A stretch of DNA of 64,000 bases from an uncultured Acidobacteriota bacterium (GCA_963846685.1 CAWJWY010000002.1:1924023-1988022); one strand, 5' to 3'; shown: positions 29,250 to 39,397, counted from the first letter of the stretch. Notes: generated from the sequence alone by a model not told the origin. Program-made: numbers and translations.

Positions 29250-31241
29250 CTACGAGGATTGCGAGATACGCACCTTCGTGCGTCGCGGCGCCGCGGCTGG
29301 GACGTTCGGGCCCTCGAACGAGGCCCGGCCCGCTGAAACGCCGACCACGCCTGCCGACCCTGGCGGCGCGTTCGGGATCCGATCCGCCATGCGCACCGCG
29401 AACATGCGCACCAGCCGTTCGATCAGGATCGTTGCATCGTGCCTGAGAGTACCCACCGGCCCAGACTGGTCGAACGCCGACGCATAGCCGCCGGCAAACG
29501 GGAAGGCGGCGCCGCCGCCCTGGAGCAGGCTATCGGGCCTGCCGGGATCGCCTTCGAGCGCGGCAATCCCGCGTTCGACCAGGTGGGTAAACGACAAGCC
29601 GGTGTTGACCAGCGTGTCGTCCCACGCCAGCCCCTGGCTGAAGCGGATGTAATCGAGCTCACGCCAGGGGATGAAGATTTCGGGCTCGTGCAGATCCCAG
29701 ATCGCGCAGGCAGGCGCCTGCGAACCTGACGCCTCAAGGATGCCATTGACGGCGTGACGAGCCGCCTCGTTTGCGGCCTCCATCGTCGCCAGGTCCGTGT
29801 TGGTGCGGACGTAGTCGGAGGCCAGGAACAGATTCGGAATCCTGGTGACTGCGTCGGGGCGCAGCTTCCAGGTGTCGACGAGATTGACCAGCAACGGCTC
29901 TTCATTCGCGGTGCGGCCGTCCTTGGTCCACTGGATGCCGGGATCGAGTGCCCAGTGGTGCAGGTCATCGTCGCTCAGGACGGTGATATCACCGTAGTTG
30001 AGGCTCAGCTTCAGCTGCGCCCAGACTTCCTGCTTGATCTCGTCGCTGGTGCATTCCTTTGCCGTCTTGCCGTTCAGTCCCTTCTTGTCCCACTCGGAAA
30101 TGTCGACCGAGATGATGCCCCTGACCTGGCCGTCGCCGTAGGTGGAGAGGTCGACCTTGTCCCAGAACTGCGCCTGGGAAATCGACGTCAGTGCCCAGGG
30201 TGAATCGACGTAGATGCTGTGGCCGCGCGTGAGCGGCACGTCCTTCGACAGGTAGATCTGGATGCCGTTCATCCACTCGGTGATGTCGTCGAGCGTGAAC
30301 AGGTGCTCGAGCGCGGGCTCGACGGCGATCATTTCAGGCGTGATCAGGTCGATGACATCTTCGACCGGCATGGCGAAGATGAAGTAGTCGCCGCTTACGC
30401 TCGTGCGCCTGCCGCCCTGATCGATCGATGCAGCGCGCACCCGGCTGCCGTCGAAGGTGACCGACTTCACTTTCGAGTCGAGGTGATAGCGCACGCCTCG
30501 TGACTTGAGGTAGTCGAGCCACGGATGGATCCACACGTCGTTGGTCGGGCCGTTGAGCACGCGGTCCGTGCTCGGGCCGGGCGTGACGATATCGAACAGC
30601 AACTGGACGAAGATGTTGCCGATCGTCTTGGTGCTGGCGGTCTCGGCCTTTGCAGCAACCAGCGAGCGGGTGATGCCGTGGCCGAGCAGTTTCTGGTAGG
30701 CGAGCGACTGTTCCTGTGCCTCGATGAACTCCCACCAGCCGATCTTTTCGTATTCGGTCATCCGCCGTTCGCGGCACGACGTCACGATCTGCCAGATCTT
30801 CGAAGCGAACAGCGCCAGCTCCGCATGCGACAGGCCCAGATCGCCGCCGAGAAAGCGGCCGAAATCGTCGAGCAGGACGCGAACATCGCCGATCGAGCGG
30901 ACGAACCGCGCAGTGAGATCGACGGGGTGGCGGCCGACACGGGCAAGCTGGCACCGCGTGGTGTCGACGAGGTTGTCGGCAACGTTGCCGTGGTTGCAGG
31001 GAATGCGGCGCATCGTGTCGACGACGTGCTTGTAGAAGCGCGGGAAGAAGCGGAAGCCGTGCTCGCCGGGGAGATCCTTGCGGCCGTCCTTGCCGGTGCC
31101 GAGGAGCGGCATGCTGCGCGCCTTGCCGCCGGGAATGGCGAGCGACTCGTAGATCTCGACCTCGAAGCCGCGCTCGATCAGCTCGTGTGCGCTGCTGAGG
31201 CCGGCGATGCCGCCGCCGAGGATGATGACTTTTGAAGACAT
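29250..31241 (-). CDS. FAD-dependent amine-oxidase/phytoene-desaturase-like oxidoreductase with extended C-terminus (663 aa)
   Basis: N-terminal Rossmann MSSKVIILGGGIAGLSSAHEL...E.Y.......GGK; C-terminal FAD-binding segment NLFLASDYVRTNTDLATMEAANEAARHAVNGI; ~150 extra C-terminal residues. Confidence 0.65.
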   Translation of the reverse strand: MSSKVIILGGGIAGLSSAHELIERGFEVEIYESLAIPGGKARSMPLLGTGKDGRKDLPGEHGFRFFPRFYKHVVDTMRRIPCNHGNVADNLVDTTRCQLARVGRHPVDLTARFVRSIGDVRVLLDDFGRFLGGDLGLSHAELALFASKIWQIVTSCRERRMTEYEKIGWWEFIEAQEQSLAYQKLLGHGITRSLVAAKAETASTKTIGNIFVQLLFDIVTPGPSTDRVLNGPTNDVWIHPWLDYLKSRGVRYHLDSKVKSVTFDGSRVRAASIDQGGRRTSVSGDYFIFAMPVEDVIDLITPEMIAVEPALEHLFTLDDITEWMNGIQIYLSKDVPLTRGHSIYVDSPWALTSISQAQFWDKVDLSTYGDGQVRGIISVDISEWDKKGLNGKTAKECTSDEIKQEVWAQLKLSLNYGDITVLSDDDLHHWALDPGIQWTKDGRTANEEPLLVNLVDTWKLRPDAVTRIPNLFLASDYVRTNTDLATMEAANEAARHAVNGILEASGSQAPACAIWDLHEPEIFIPWRELDYIRFSQGLAWDDTLVNTGLSFTHLVERGIAALEGDPGRPDSLLQGGGAAFPFAGGYASAFDQSGPVGTLRHDATILIERLVRMFAVRMADRIPNAPPGSAGVVGVSAGRASFEGPNVPAAAPRRTKVRISQSS

Positions 31242-31367
31242 CCGTAGTCCGACCGAACCATGTGATGGCGGGCCTCGCCGTCGTAGGGAGCTCTACGATG
31301 CCCGGCGCTCACACCTCTGTTCGGCAGTGGGCACGTGCCGCCACCGAAGAGGGCTTCCACCCAGCCC

Positions 31368-32633
31368 CTAACGCCGGCGCTTCACGCGGTTCTTGTTTAG
31401 CAAGAGGTCGTTGATGCGTGTCATCTGTTGACGCAGTTCGTCTTGGCCCTCCCTCAACGCGGCAATTTCGTCACCTAGACGTTCAAGTTCAGTCACGCGG
31501 GTACCCAAGTCCTGCATGCCAGCGCGCGCGGCCTTCGCCTCGCCGGTTCGTTCGCCGGCAGCCATGACTCCGAGCGCCGCTACCTGACTGGCCAGCTCGA
31601 TAGCTACCGTTTGTCTTTCGCGCGACTTCTGTCTGTGATCGTCATACCTGCCCGCGTCTTCGAGCTTCAGCGTCCTCACGGGAGCATCAGAAGGATCTCG
31701 ATGCCGCAATGTAAATCGCTCATACACGCGAAAAATGTGTCGGGCGTCGTCGGTAGTCTGAAGGAACTGAACCTTAGGGGGCGTTGCCACGACGAGGTCG
31801 ATGGTGTTGCTCGCGAGGGAGACGACTATTCCAAAGCCTTTCTGCATCACGCCAGAACGCAGCAGCGGTCCGTTCAGCAAAGGTGAGATTCTGTCGGCTG
31901 GCAGCACCAAGGAATGGCGTTCAGGCCGGTGCGCCTCAATAAACAGAGCGCTGTCGAGGACACAGGCGAATGGCCCTGGATGCGACTGCCGTTCCAGATC
32001 TGCTATAGCTCTGTTGATGGCAACTACAAGACGCTTACCCGTGGAACTTTCGTCGGGTTCGTCCCCAACGTCGTCCAGCGACGTGTCGATTATGAATGGA
32101 TCGGCGGAGGGAGCCTCGGTCAACCCAACAAGAAAATTCGGAGCCTTGACCGCAATCGTCAGCGTTCGTGGGTCGTCGTCGGGAGCACTCCGGACGCGGC
32201 GGATAACGCTCAACAGTGGCCGGAGGCCTGGCTTTACGTAGCCGTTGAAAACGATCTCGTCTTCCACCAGCGCCAGCGTCGTCGCCGCCCTGCGGAAGGC
32301 GAGCAGGGCACTCGAGAGGGATTCGTCGAAGAGCTGCTGTGCTGACAGCTCGACGTTTACCGTTAGGTTGAAAAGTTTGAGGGTCTCATCGTCAAGCACG
32401 GTCAACTTGGCTTTAGCGGCCGCGTGAACGTGGTCCGGGATGTCACTCGCATACGAATACATTTCGCCGTCGAAGGCGCTGAGCTCCTCCTTTCGCACGC
32501 TCTCGACATTGGCTCCGAGCGGCCCGTAACAAGGCAGAAACGAGCCCGCCACCGAAGCTTTGTTGAACGCTTCGGTCACGGCGGTCTGAACCTTCTCCCA
32601 CTGCGCGTCGCTCCATCCGGGTCCGTCAGCCAT
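31368..32633 (-). CDS. Family-1 encapsulin (Linocin-M18/HK97-fold) nanocompartment shell protein with ~105-aa C-terminal coiled-coil, Arg/Lys-rich extension
   Basis: GWSDAQWEKVQTAVTEAFNKASVAGSFLPCYGPLGANVESV parallels the EncA/T. maritima N-terminal helix region (W..l...V...A...LVGR..LD..GPLGA.V); LVEDEIVFNGYVKPGLRPLL vs EFEDEVIFRG; C-core RHIFRVYERFTLRHRDPSDAPVRTLKLE vs HPFRVLEALLLRIKHPDAICTLE; GGAGA SD 9 nt upstream of ATG 32633. Confidence 0.7.
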   Translation of the reverse strand: MADGPGWSDAQWEKVQTAVTEAFNKASVAGSFLPCYGPLGANVESVRKEELSAFDGEMYSYASDIPDHVHAAAKAKLTVLDDETLKLFNLTVNVELSAQQLFDESLSSALLAFRRAATTLALVEDEIVFNGYVKPGLRPLLSVIRRVRSAPDDDPRTLTIAVKAPNFLVGLTEAPSADPFIIDTSLDDVGDEPDESSTGKRLVVAINRAIADLERQSHPGPFACVLDSALFIEAHRPERHSLVLPADRISPLLNGPLLRSGVMQKGFGIVVSLASNTIDLVVATPPKVQFLQTTDDARHIFRVYERFTLRHRDPSDAPVRTLKLEDAGRYDDHRQKSRERQTVAIELASQVAALGVMAAGERTGEAKAARAGMQDLGTRVTELERLGDEIAALREGQDELRQQMTRINDLLLNKNRVKRRR

Positions 32634-32861
32634 GCCGTTCGTCTCCATTCGCCGCCTGGGGTGTGGCGCCGCGGTCTGTGCACAGTTCGGCGCGAGCGTG
32701 CGCGGATTATTAGCCGAGTTCGCGGTTGCCGGCAAATACAACCTGTTAGCTGCAGGCGCAGGGCACGCGCGGGGGCTTCTCCGGCTACGGCTTCTCCCGT
32801 CCCCGCTTGTGAAGTACCGTCACATCAGGCCGTCGATGCCGGGTCCGCTGCGCGGCACCCG

Positions 32862-33600
32862 GTCTACTCGTGGCGCTGGCGCGACATTGAACGCAACTGA
32901 ATCAGCGCCGCCGGCCGCGGCGCGACAGGCCGTTCCAGCGACGGTCCGACTTGAGGGACCGTGACACGGCGCAGCGGGTAAAACCGCCGCGCAGCGTGAG
33001 GGCAGCGCAGGTTACGGACCTGCGCCGGTCGCCGACGGCGGTGCGGAGCGGCGGTTTTTCCACGGTCACGAACGGAGGACCGGAGCGGCGCGGCACGCCG
33101 CGGCGCAGCGGCGGGGGAACCGACGCCTGCGTGCAGACATGCCGGGTCCGCTACGCGGCACCCGGCCTACGTGGCACCCGGCTACGCGGCACCCGGCCTA
33201 CGCGCTGACGTGGTTCGCTGTGAGCGCCGCGCGCAGATCATTGAACGCGCCCGGGTCAGCGCCGACCGGCCGCGGCGGGTCGGGCCGTTCCAGCGACGGT
33301 CCGACTTGAGGGACCGTGACACGGCGCAGCGGGTAAAACCGCCGCGCAGCGTGAGGGCGGCGCAGGTCACGGACCTGCGCCGGTCGCCGACGGTGGTGCG
33401 GAGCGGCGGTTTTTCCACGGTCACGAACGGAGGACCGGAGCGGAACGGCGCGGCACGCCGCGGCGCAGCGGCGGGGGGAACCGACGCCTGCGTGCAGACA
33501 TGCCGAGTCCGAGACGCAGCACCCGGCCTACGTGGCCCCCCTCTACGCGGCACCCGGCCTACGTGGCACCTGGCTGCGCGGCACCCGGCCTACTGGTGGC
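32862..33600. repeat. Tandem duplication (~355-bp unit, 2 copies, >90% identical) of a hairpin-rich non-coding element; each copy ends in 3-4 tandem 15-16-bp GCACCCGGCCTACG-type units
   Basis: gacggtccgacttgagggaccgtgacacggcgcagcgggtaaaaccgccgc... occurs at 32940 and 33295; nested perfect inverted repeats (ACGGTCC/GGACCGT; GCGCAGGT-tacgg-ACCTGCGC; GGTAAAACCGCCGC/GCGGCGGTTTTTCC); ORFs through it (32951..33208, 33171..33869) are Arg-rich repeat artefacts. Confidence 0.7.
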
Positions 33601-33858
33601 GCGTGCTGCGCGGAACCGCGGTCTACTGCTGCGGCACTGGGCGGACCCTACTGCGGCAGACGCGGCAACTTTGGTGGGACTTGATGACCGTCAAGAGCTG
33701 GCTCGAACACGCTATCCAGGACGCCGAACGCCGCGGCCTGCCTGGCCTCAAATCGCTGCTCGAGACGCTCGCCCGCTCGACCTCGGCGCTGCGCAGCGCC
33801 GACTGGAACAGCGATGCCGCGTCTGAACTCGCCGACCGCGCCCCGCGACGGCCGATCA

Positions 33859-35232
33859 ATGGACGCTAAGCTGCCGGGCATCGCCGACCTCGCCCGGGCG
33901 CTGCGCGCCGGCGAAACGACGGCACAGACGCTGCTCGAAGGGTGCCTCGAGCAGATCCGCGATCGCGATGGCGAGATCAACGCCTTCATCACCGTTCTCG
34001 CCGAACAGGCGCGCGAGCAGGCGCGGGTCGCCGACCGCGAGCTGGCCAGCGGCACCGACCGCGGCCCCCTGCACGGCATCCCGATCGCTCTCAAGGATCT
34101 GTACGACCTGCGCGGCACCGCGACGACGGCGGCCAGCAACGTGCGGCGCGAGCACGTCGCCACGAGCGATGCCACGGTGGTCGCCCGGCTGCGCGATGCC
34201 GGTGCGGTGTTCGTCGGCAAGAACAACCTGCACGAGTTCGCCCTCGGCACGACCAACGAGGACTCGGCGTTCGGACCGGTGCGCCATCCGCTCCGGCCGG
34301 AGCGCTCGCCCGGCGGTTCATCGGGAGGCTCGGCCGCGGCGGTGCTGGCCGGCATGGCCTGCGCCGCCATCGGCACCGACACCGGGGGATCGATCCGCAT
34401 CCCGGCGGCGGTGTGCGGCCTGGTTGGCCTCAAGCCGGCGAGCGGCGACCTGCCGACGACCGGGGTGGTGCCGCTCAGCGGCACCCTCGACCACCTCGGG
34501 CCGATCTGCCGCTCGGTTGCCGACGCGCGCCTGTTGTATGCGGCCATGCGCGGCGATGCTGCTGCGTCAGAGCAGCCGCCGCGATCAGCGCCGCACGGAC
34601 CGTCACCGCAGCCGCGGGGACTGCGCGGCCTGCGAATCGGCCTGTTGAAGGGCTACTTTACCGCGCTGCTCGACGCGCAGGTCGGCCACGCCTTTGGTGA
34701 GACATGCGCGCGACTGGCCGCGGCCGGTGCGGTTCTTGACGACGTGACGCTCGGCCACGCCGACGACATCGCCCCGGTCTACGTGCACATCGTCCTCGCC
34801 GAGGCGGCCGCCTACCACGCCAGGACGCTGGAACAGCGCGCTGCCGACTACACGCCGAACGTGCGCATCCGACTGGAGATGGGCCGCTACATACTCGCCG
34901 AGGATTATCTGCGGGCGCTGCACGGCCGCGAAGTCCTGCGCGGCGAAGTTGACGAGGCGCTCGCCCGCCACGATCTCCTGCTGCTGCCGTCGGTACCGGT
35001 GCCGGCAACGAGGCTGGGCGTGCCGACGGTTCGGATCGGCAGCAGCGAAGAACCAGTGCGTAACATCACGCTGCGATTGACGCAGCTGTTCAACGTCACC
35101 GGGCACGCCGCCATCACCATGCCCTGCGGCAGGACGGTAGACGGGCTGCCGGTCGGCGCGCAGTTCGCCGGTCGCAGCACCGCTGATCTACTGGAACGGG
35201 CCGCGGCACTGGAAAGCACGGTCCGCAGCTGA
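33859..35232 (+). CDS. Amidase-signature family amidase (GatA-like)
   Basis: GGSSGGSAAAVLAGMACAAIGTDTGGSIRIPAAVCGLVGLKP amidase signature; catalytic Ser-cisSer-Lys context; start at ATG 33859. Confidence 0.8.
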   Translation: MDAKLPGIADLARALRAGETTAQTLLEGCLEQIRDRDGEINAFITVLAEQAREQARVADRELASGTDRGPLHGIPIALKDLYDLRGTATTAASNVRREHVATSDATVVARLRDAGAVFVGKNNLHEFALGTTNEDSAFGPVRHPLRPERSPGGSSGGSAAAVLAGMACAAIGTDTGGSIRIPAAVCGLVGLKPASGDLPTTGVVPLSGTLDHLGPICRSVADARLLYAAMRGDAAASEQPPRSAPHGPSPQPRGLRGLRIGLLKGYFTALLDAQVGHAFGETCARLAAAGAVLDDVTLGHADDIAPVYVHIVLAEAAAYHARTLEQRAADYTPNVRIRLEMGRYILAEDYLRALHGREVLRGEVDEALARHDLLLLPSVPVPATRLGVPTVRIGSSEEPVRNITLRLTQLFNVTGHAAITMPCGRTVDGLPVGAQFAGRSTADLLERAAALESTVRS

Positions 35233-35296
35233 TACAACTGGGAACACGCGTCCGCCTGAACGTGGACACCACTGGTAACCTCGAGTCCCTCCCCGA

Positions 35297-36367
35297 ATGC
35301 TCGCTCGCTTCTTCCACGCCTGGGAACACCGCCTCGCCTCCGTCACGAAGGATCGCGTCGTCCGCCCGTTCGATTGGGGCAACGATTGGCTGTCACCCGC
35401 TGAGACGCTGATCGCCGCCAGCGGTGCCTCGGAGTCGGCGATCGAGGCCTGGGTGGACGAGGTGATGCGCGACACGGATGCGTTCTTTGGCATCCCGGCG
35501 CAGTGCGAGTACGACTTCACGCCGGCCGCGGCGGAGGTGGCGGCCGCTGGTGAAGCTGGGACGGTCTCGTACCCGAGCGCACTGGTCACGCCGCATCCCG
35601 AGAACAACACGGTGATCGCCCGCTGGTTCCCCGCCGCTGGCGAGGCGCCGATTGGCCGGACCCCGGGCCGCGGCCGCGCGGTCGTCGTGCTGCCGCAGTG
35701 GAACTCCGACGCCGAAGGGCACATCGGCTTGGCGAAAGTGCTGGCGCGGTTCGGCGTTTCGGCGCTGCGTATGAGCCTGCCGTACCACGACCGCCGCATG
35801 CCGCCGGAACTCACCCGCGCCGACTACATCGTCAGCTCCAATGTCGTCCGGACATTGCAGGCCTGCCGACAGGCGGTGCTCGACGCACGGCGCGCCGTCG
35901 CGTGGCTGCACGCCCAGGGATTCGAACGGATTGGCATCCTCGGCACCAGCCTGGGCTCCTGCCTGGCGATGCTGACGTCGGCGCACGAGCCGCTGATCCG
36001 CGCACAGGCTCTCAACCACGTGTCGCCGTACTTTGCCGACGTGGTGTGGCGCGGCTTGTCGACCCGGCACGTCCGCGCCGGCATCGATGGCCACGTCGAT
36101 CTCGAGCGGTTGCGCCAGCTGTGGCGGCCGATCAGCCCGTTCTCCTACCTGGAGCGCGTGCGCCGCACCCAGACGCTGCTGGTCTACGCCCGCTACGACC
36201 TGACCTTTCCGGTCGACCTGTCCAGACTGCTGATCGACGAATTCCGCCGGCGCGGCCTGCCGCACGAAGTTGCGGCGCTGCCCTGCGGCCACTACAGCAC
36301 CGGCATGGCACCGTTCAAGTTCTGGGATGCGTATCTGCTCACCCGGTTCTTGCGCAGAAGTCTCTAA
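35297..36367 (+). CDS. Alpha/beta-fold hydrolase
   Basis: Nucleophile elbow GTSLGS; length and secondary pattern consistent with dienelactone-hydrolase-like proteins. Confidence 0.55.
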   Translation: MLARFFHAWEHRLASVTKDRVVRPFDWGNDWLSPAETLIAASGASESAIEAWVDEVMRDTDAFFGIPAQCEYDFTPAAAEVAAAGEAGTVSYPSALVTPHPENNTVIARWFPAAGEAPIGRTPGRGRAVVVLPQWNSDAEGHIGLAKVLARFGVSALRMSLPYHDRRMPPELTRADYIVSSNVVRTLQACRQAVLDARRAVAWLHAQGFERIGILGTSLGSCLAMLTSAHEPLIRAQALNHVSPYFADVVWRGLSTRHVRAGIDGHVDLERLRQLWRPISPFSYLERVRRTQTLLVYARYDLTFPVDLSRLLIDEFRRRGLPHEVAALPCGHYSTGMAPFKFWDAYLLTRFLRRSL

Positions 36368-36401
36368 AAGTTCAGAATGCAGAATTCTGAATCAGGGTCG
36401 C

Positions 36402-36641
36402 TCAGAGATACTGCAAGAGCCCTGCAAGCGCGTTGTAGATCACTTCTGCCAACTGGCGGACGAGCGGGGAGATTTCGCCGGAGTCGACGGCGTTGGCGAC
36501 CGACACCGGGTCGGTGACGATCAGCCAGGCGGTGGAGCCCGCGACGACCGCCGCGACGCCACCGATCAGGATGGCGACGCTGGCGAGGCGGTTGAACCCG
36601 CGCTCGGGATCGGCGGTGGCCGCGAGTTCGAAACCTGGCAC
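36402..36641 (-). CDS. Small membrane protein, hypothetical
   Basis: 79 aa with central hydrophobic helix (VAILIGGVAAVVAGSTAWLIV). Confidence 0.3.
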   Translation of the reverse strand: MPGFELAATADPERGFNRLASVAILIGGVAAVVAGSTAWLIVTDPVSVANAVDSGEISPLVRQLAEVIYNALAGLLQYL

Positions 36642-36688
36642 GGTCGTGTCTGCGGGAAGCGCCTAGGCTACCACGTCGGCCCGCCGGA

Positions 36689-38068
36689 TCACACGACCAG
36701 CGGCAGCACCTTCGGAGTACCTAAACCCAGGCCCATCAGTGAATTGGCGATGGCACCATGGTCGCCGACGATCAGCGTCGTCAGCCGCTCCGGGTCGAGG
36801 TATTTGCTGGCCGCGGCGACGACCTCGCCACCGGTGACGGTGTTGACCCTCGGCACGAACTCGGCGAAGTAGGAGTCGGGCAGGCCGTAGAGCGCCAGTT
36901 GGGCAACCGAGCGGGCCACCTGTCCAGCGGTTTCGAACCCGCGCGGGTAACCCCGCGTCAGCGACGCCTTGGCCAGCGACAGTTCGCCGTCGAGCGGCGG
37001 CCGCGCGCCGCGGATGCCTTCGAGCTCGTTCAGCGAATCGCGAACGGCGTCGGCGGTGGCGGCGGTATGGACGCTCGCCTGCAACGAAAACGGCGCCAGG
37101 CCGAGACGCCAGTCGAACCCGGTGCGGGCGCCGTAGGTGTAGCCCTTCTCCTCGCGCAGCTTCAGGTTCACCCGACTGACGAACTGGCCGCCAAGGATCG
37201 CGTTCATCACCAGCAGCGCCGGGTAATCCGGCGAGTTGCGCCGCGCGGACAGATGGCCGATCCGCAACTCCGACTGCGCTGCGCCGTCACGCGGCACGAT
37301 TGCCAGGCGCGTATCTAACGCCATTTCGGGATCGATCGTGTCCGGCTGCGGCAGGGCAAGGTCGCCGGCCGCTCCAGCCTGCCAGCCGCCAAATCCCTGC
37401 GCCGCCACGCTGGCCAGCTCGTTGTGCGACATCGCACCTGCCACCACCAGGATGGCGCGGTCGGGCCGGTAGGTGGAGCGATGGAACGCCGCCACGTCAG
37501 CCTGGGACAGGCTGCGCAGCGCCCCGTCACTGCCAATCGACAGGTGGCCGTAGGGATGCGTGCCGTACATCAGGCGCAGGAACGCACGTTCCGCGACGGC
37601 GGGCGGCAGGTCCTTCAGTTGCAGCAGGCGGTCGAGCCGCAACTGCCGGACGCGCTCGAAGTCGGCGTCACGCAGGCTCGGGCTGGTGACCAGGTCTGCG
37701 AGCAGTGACACGCCGCGCGACGCGAGCCGCGCCAGCGTCGTCAACGACAGCACCGTGACATCCGGCGCCACATCGATGTCGAAGTCGGCGCCGATACGCG
37801 CGAGCGCGTCCGACACGTCGATGGCGCTCAACCCGCCGGTGCCCTCGTCGAGCATGTCGGCGGTGATGCCGGCGAGCCCTTCCTGGCTCGCCGGATCGAG
37901 GCCGAAGCCGGCCTTGACCTGCAGGACGAAGGTGATGACGGGAACGTTGTGGTGCTCGACGGTCCGAACCCGCAGGCCGTTCGGCAGGGTGTGATGGACG
38001 ATGTCCGGAAAGGTGAATGCCGGATCGCCACCGACGAGCGGCAGGCGTGATCGATCGGGCCGCGTCAC
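36689..38068 (-). CDS. M16-family peptidase subunit lacking HxxEH (non-catalytic partner)
   Basis: 459 aa, M16 fold features, no inverted zincin motif; overlaps the upstream M16 gene stop by 4 nt. Confidence 0.65.
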   Translation of the reverse strand: MTRPDRSRLPLVGGDPAFTFPDIVHHTLPNGLRVRTVEHHNVPVITFVLQVKAGFGLDPASQEGLAGITADMLDEGTGGLSAIDVSDALARIGADFDIDVAPDVTVLSLTTLARLASRGVSLLADLVTSPSLRDADFERVRQLRLDRLLQLKDLPPAVAERAFLRLMYGTHPYGHLSIGSDGALRSLSQADVAAFHRSTYRPDRAILVVAGAMSHNELASVAAQGFGGWQAGAAGDLALPQPDTIDPEMALDTRLAIVPRDGAAQSELRIGHLSARRNSPDYPALLVMNAILGGQFVSRVNLKLREEKGYTYGARTGFDWRLGLAPFSLQASVHTAATADAVRDSLNELEGIRGARPPLDGELSLAKASLTRGYPRGFETAGQVARSVAQLALYGLPDSYFAEFVPRVNTVTGGEVVAAASKYLDPERLTTLIVGDHGAIANSLMGLGLGTPKVLPLVV

Positions 38069-39382
38069 GAGACCGCCACCGGTTCGGAACCGGGGAGCGC
38101 GAGCGCGAGCTGGCCGCGCGGCACCACGCTCAGCGTCACGCGACGATCGAACTGCACGTAGCGCCGTGCGGCCGCCTGGACGCTGTCCCGCGTCGCGCCG
38201 CGATAGCGATCGAGGTCGGCGGCGAAGTACGACGGATCACCGCGCAGGACGTTGTAGGCATTCAACTGGTCCGACTTGCCGCCGAAGCCGCCGACCGTCT
38301 GCAGCCGGTAGAGAAAGTGCGCTTCAGCCTGCGCCGCCACGCGTTCCATCTCGGCCTCCGTCGGCCCCTCGCTCGACGACGTGCTGCAGTTCCGCGTCGA
38401 TGATCGCCGCAATGTCCATCAGCGAATGCCCCGGCGCCGCCGTAGCCACCACCATCAGGAAGCCGCCGAGCTCGCGCGAATTCTGGAAGCCGGACACGTC
38501 GAGCGCCATCCGCTTCTCATAGACGAGGGTGCGATAGAGGCGCGACGTCTTGCCATTGGCCAGCAGGTCGGCAAGCAGATCCATCTCGGCGTCGTCGGCC
38601 GCGAACATCGCGGGCGAGTGCCAGGCCATGTAGACGCGCGGCAACTCGACCCGGTCCTCCAGCAACAACCGATGCTCCCGGGTCACGGTAGCGGCTGCCT
38701 GTACCGGTTCCGGCCTGACACCTGCCTCGAGCTCGCCGAAATAGTGCTCCGCCAGCGCGAATGCGCGCTCCGTCTCGATGTCGCCGGCCAGCACCAGCGA
38801 CGCATTCGCCGGATGGTAGTAGGTGCGGAAGAACGACTGCACGTCTTCGAGCTGCATCGCCCGGATGTCGTCGGCGGCGCCGATCGTCATCCAGCTGTAG
38901 GGATGCTCCGGCGGGTACAGCACCGACGAGATCGCCATCATCGCCAGGCCATACGGCCGGTTCTCATAGTTCTGCCGCCGCTCGTTCAGGACGACGTCCC
39001 GCTGGTTCTCGAACCGCTCGGCCGTCAGCGCCGGCAGCAGGTAGCCCATGCGGTCCGACTCCATGAACAGCGCCAGGTCGATCGCACTGGTGGGGACGAC
39101 CTCCCAGTAGTTGGTGCGGTCGGTGTTGGTCGATCCGTTCAGTAGCGCGCCCGCCTGTTGCAGCGGCGGGAAGTAGCCGTGGTTGTGATGCTCCGAGCCC
39201 TCGAACATCAGGTGCTCGAACAAGTGGGCGAACCCGGTGCGCCCAGGGCGTTCGTTCTTGGAACCGACGTGGTACCAGATGTTGACGGCGACGATCGGCA
39301 CGTGATGATCCTCGTGCACGATGACGTCGAGGCCGTTGGCCAGCGTCCGTTTCGTAAAGGGCAGCTCGATGCGCGTCAACAC
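38065..39382 (-). CDS. M16-family (pitrilysin-like) zinc peptidase, catalytic subunit; one frameshift near 38390
   Basis: HLFEHLMFEGSEHHNHG (HxxEH...E) zinc motif; C-terminal ~110 aa continue in a different frame (38065..38412). Confidence 0.65.
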
Positions 39383-39397
39383 TGGATCACTGCGCTC

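Noticed and set aside
32951-33869. ORFs 32951..33208 and 33171..33869 with repeated peptide RDRDTAQRVKPPRSVRAAQVTDLRRSPT
   Set aside because: Produced by translating the two copies of the 355-bp tandem repeat; Arg/Pro-rich, no start context; treated as a non-coding repeat
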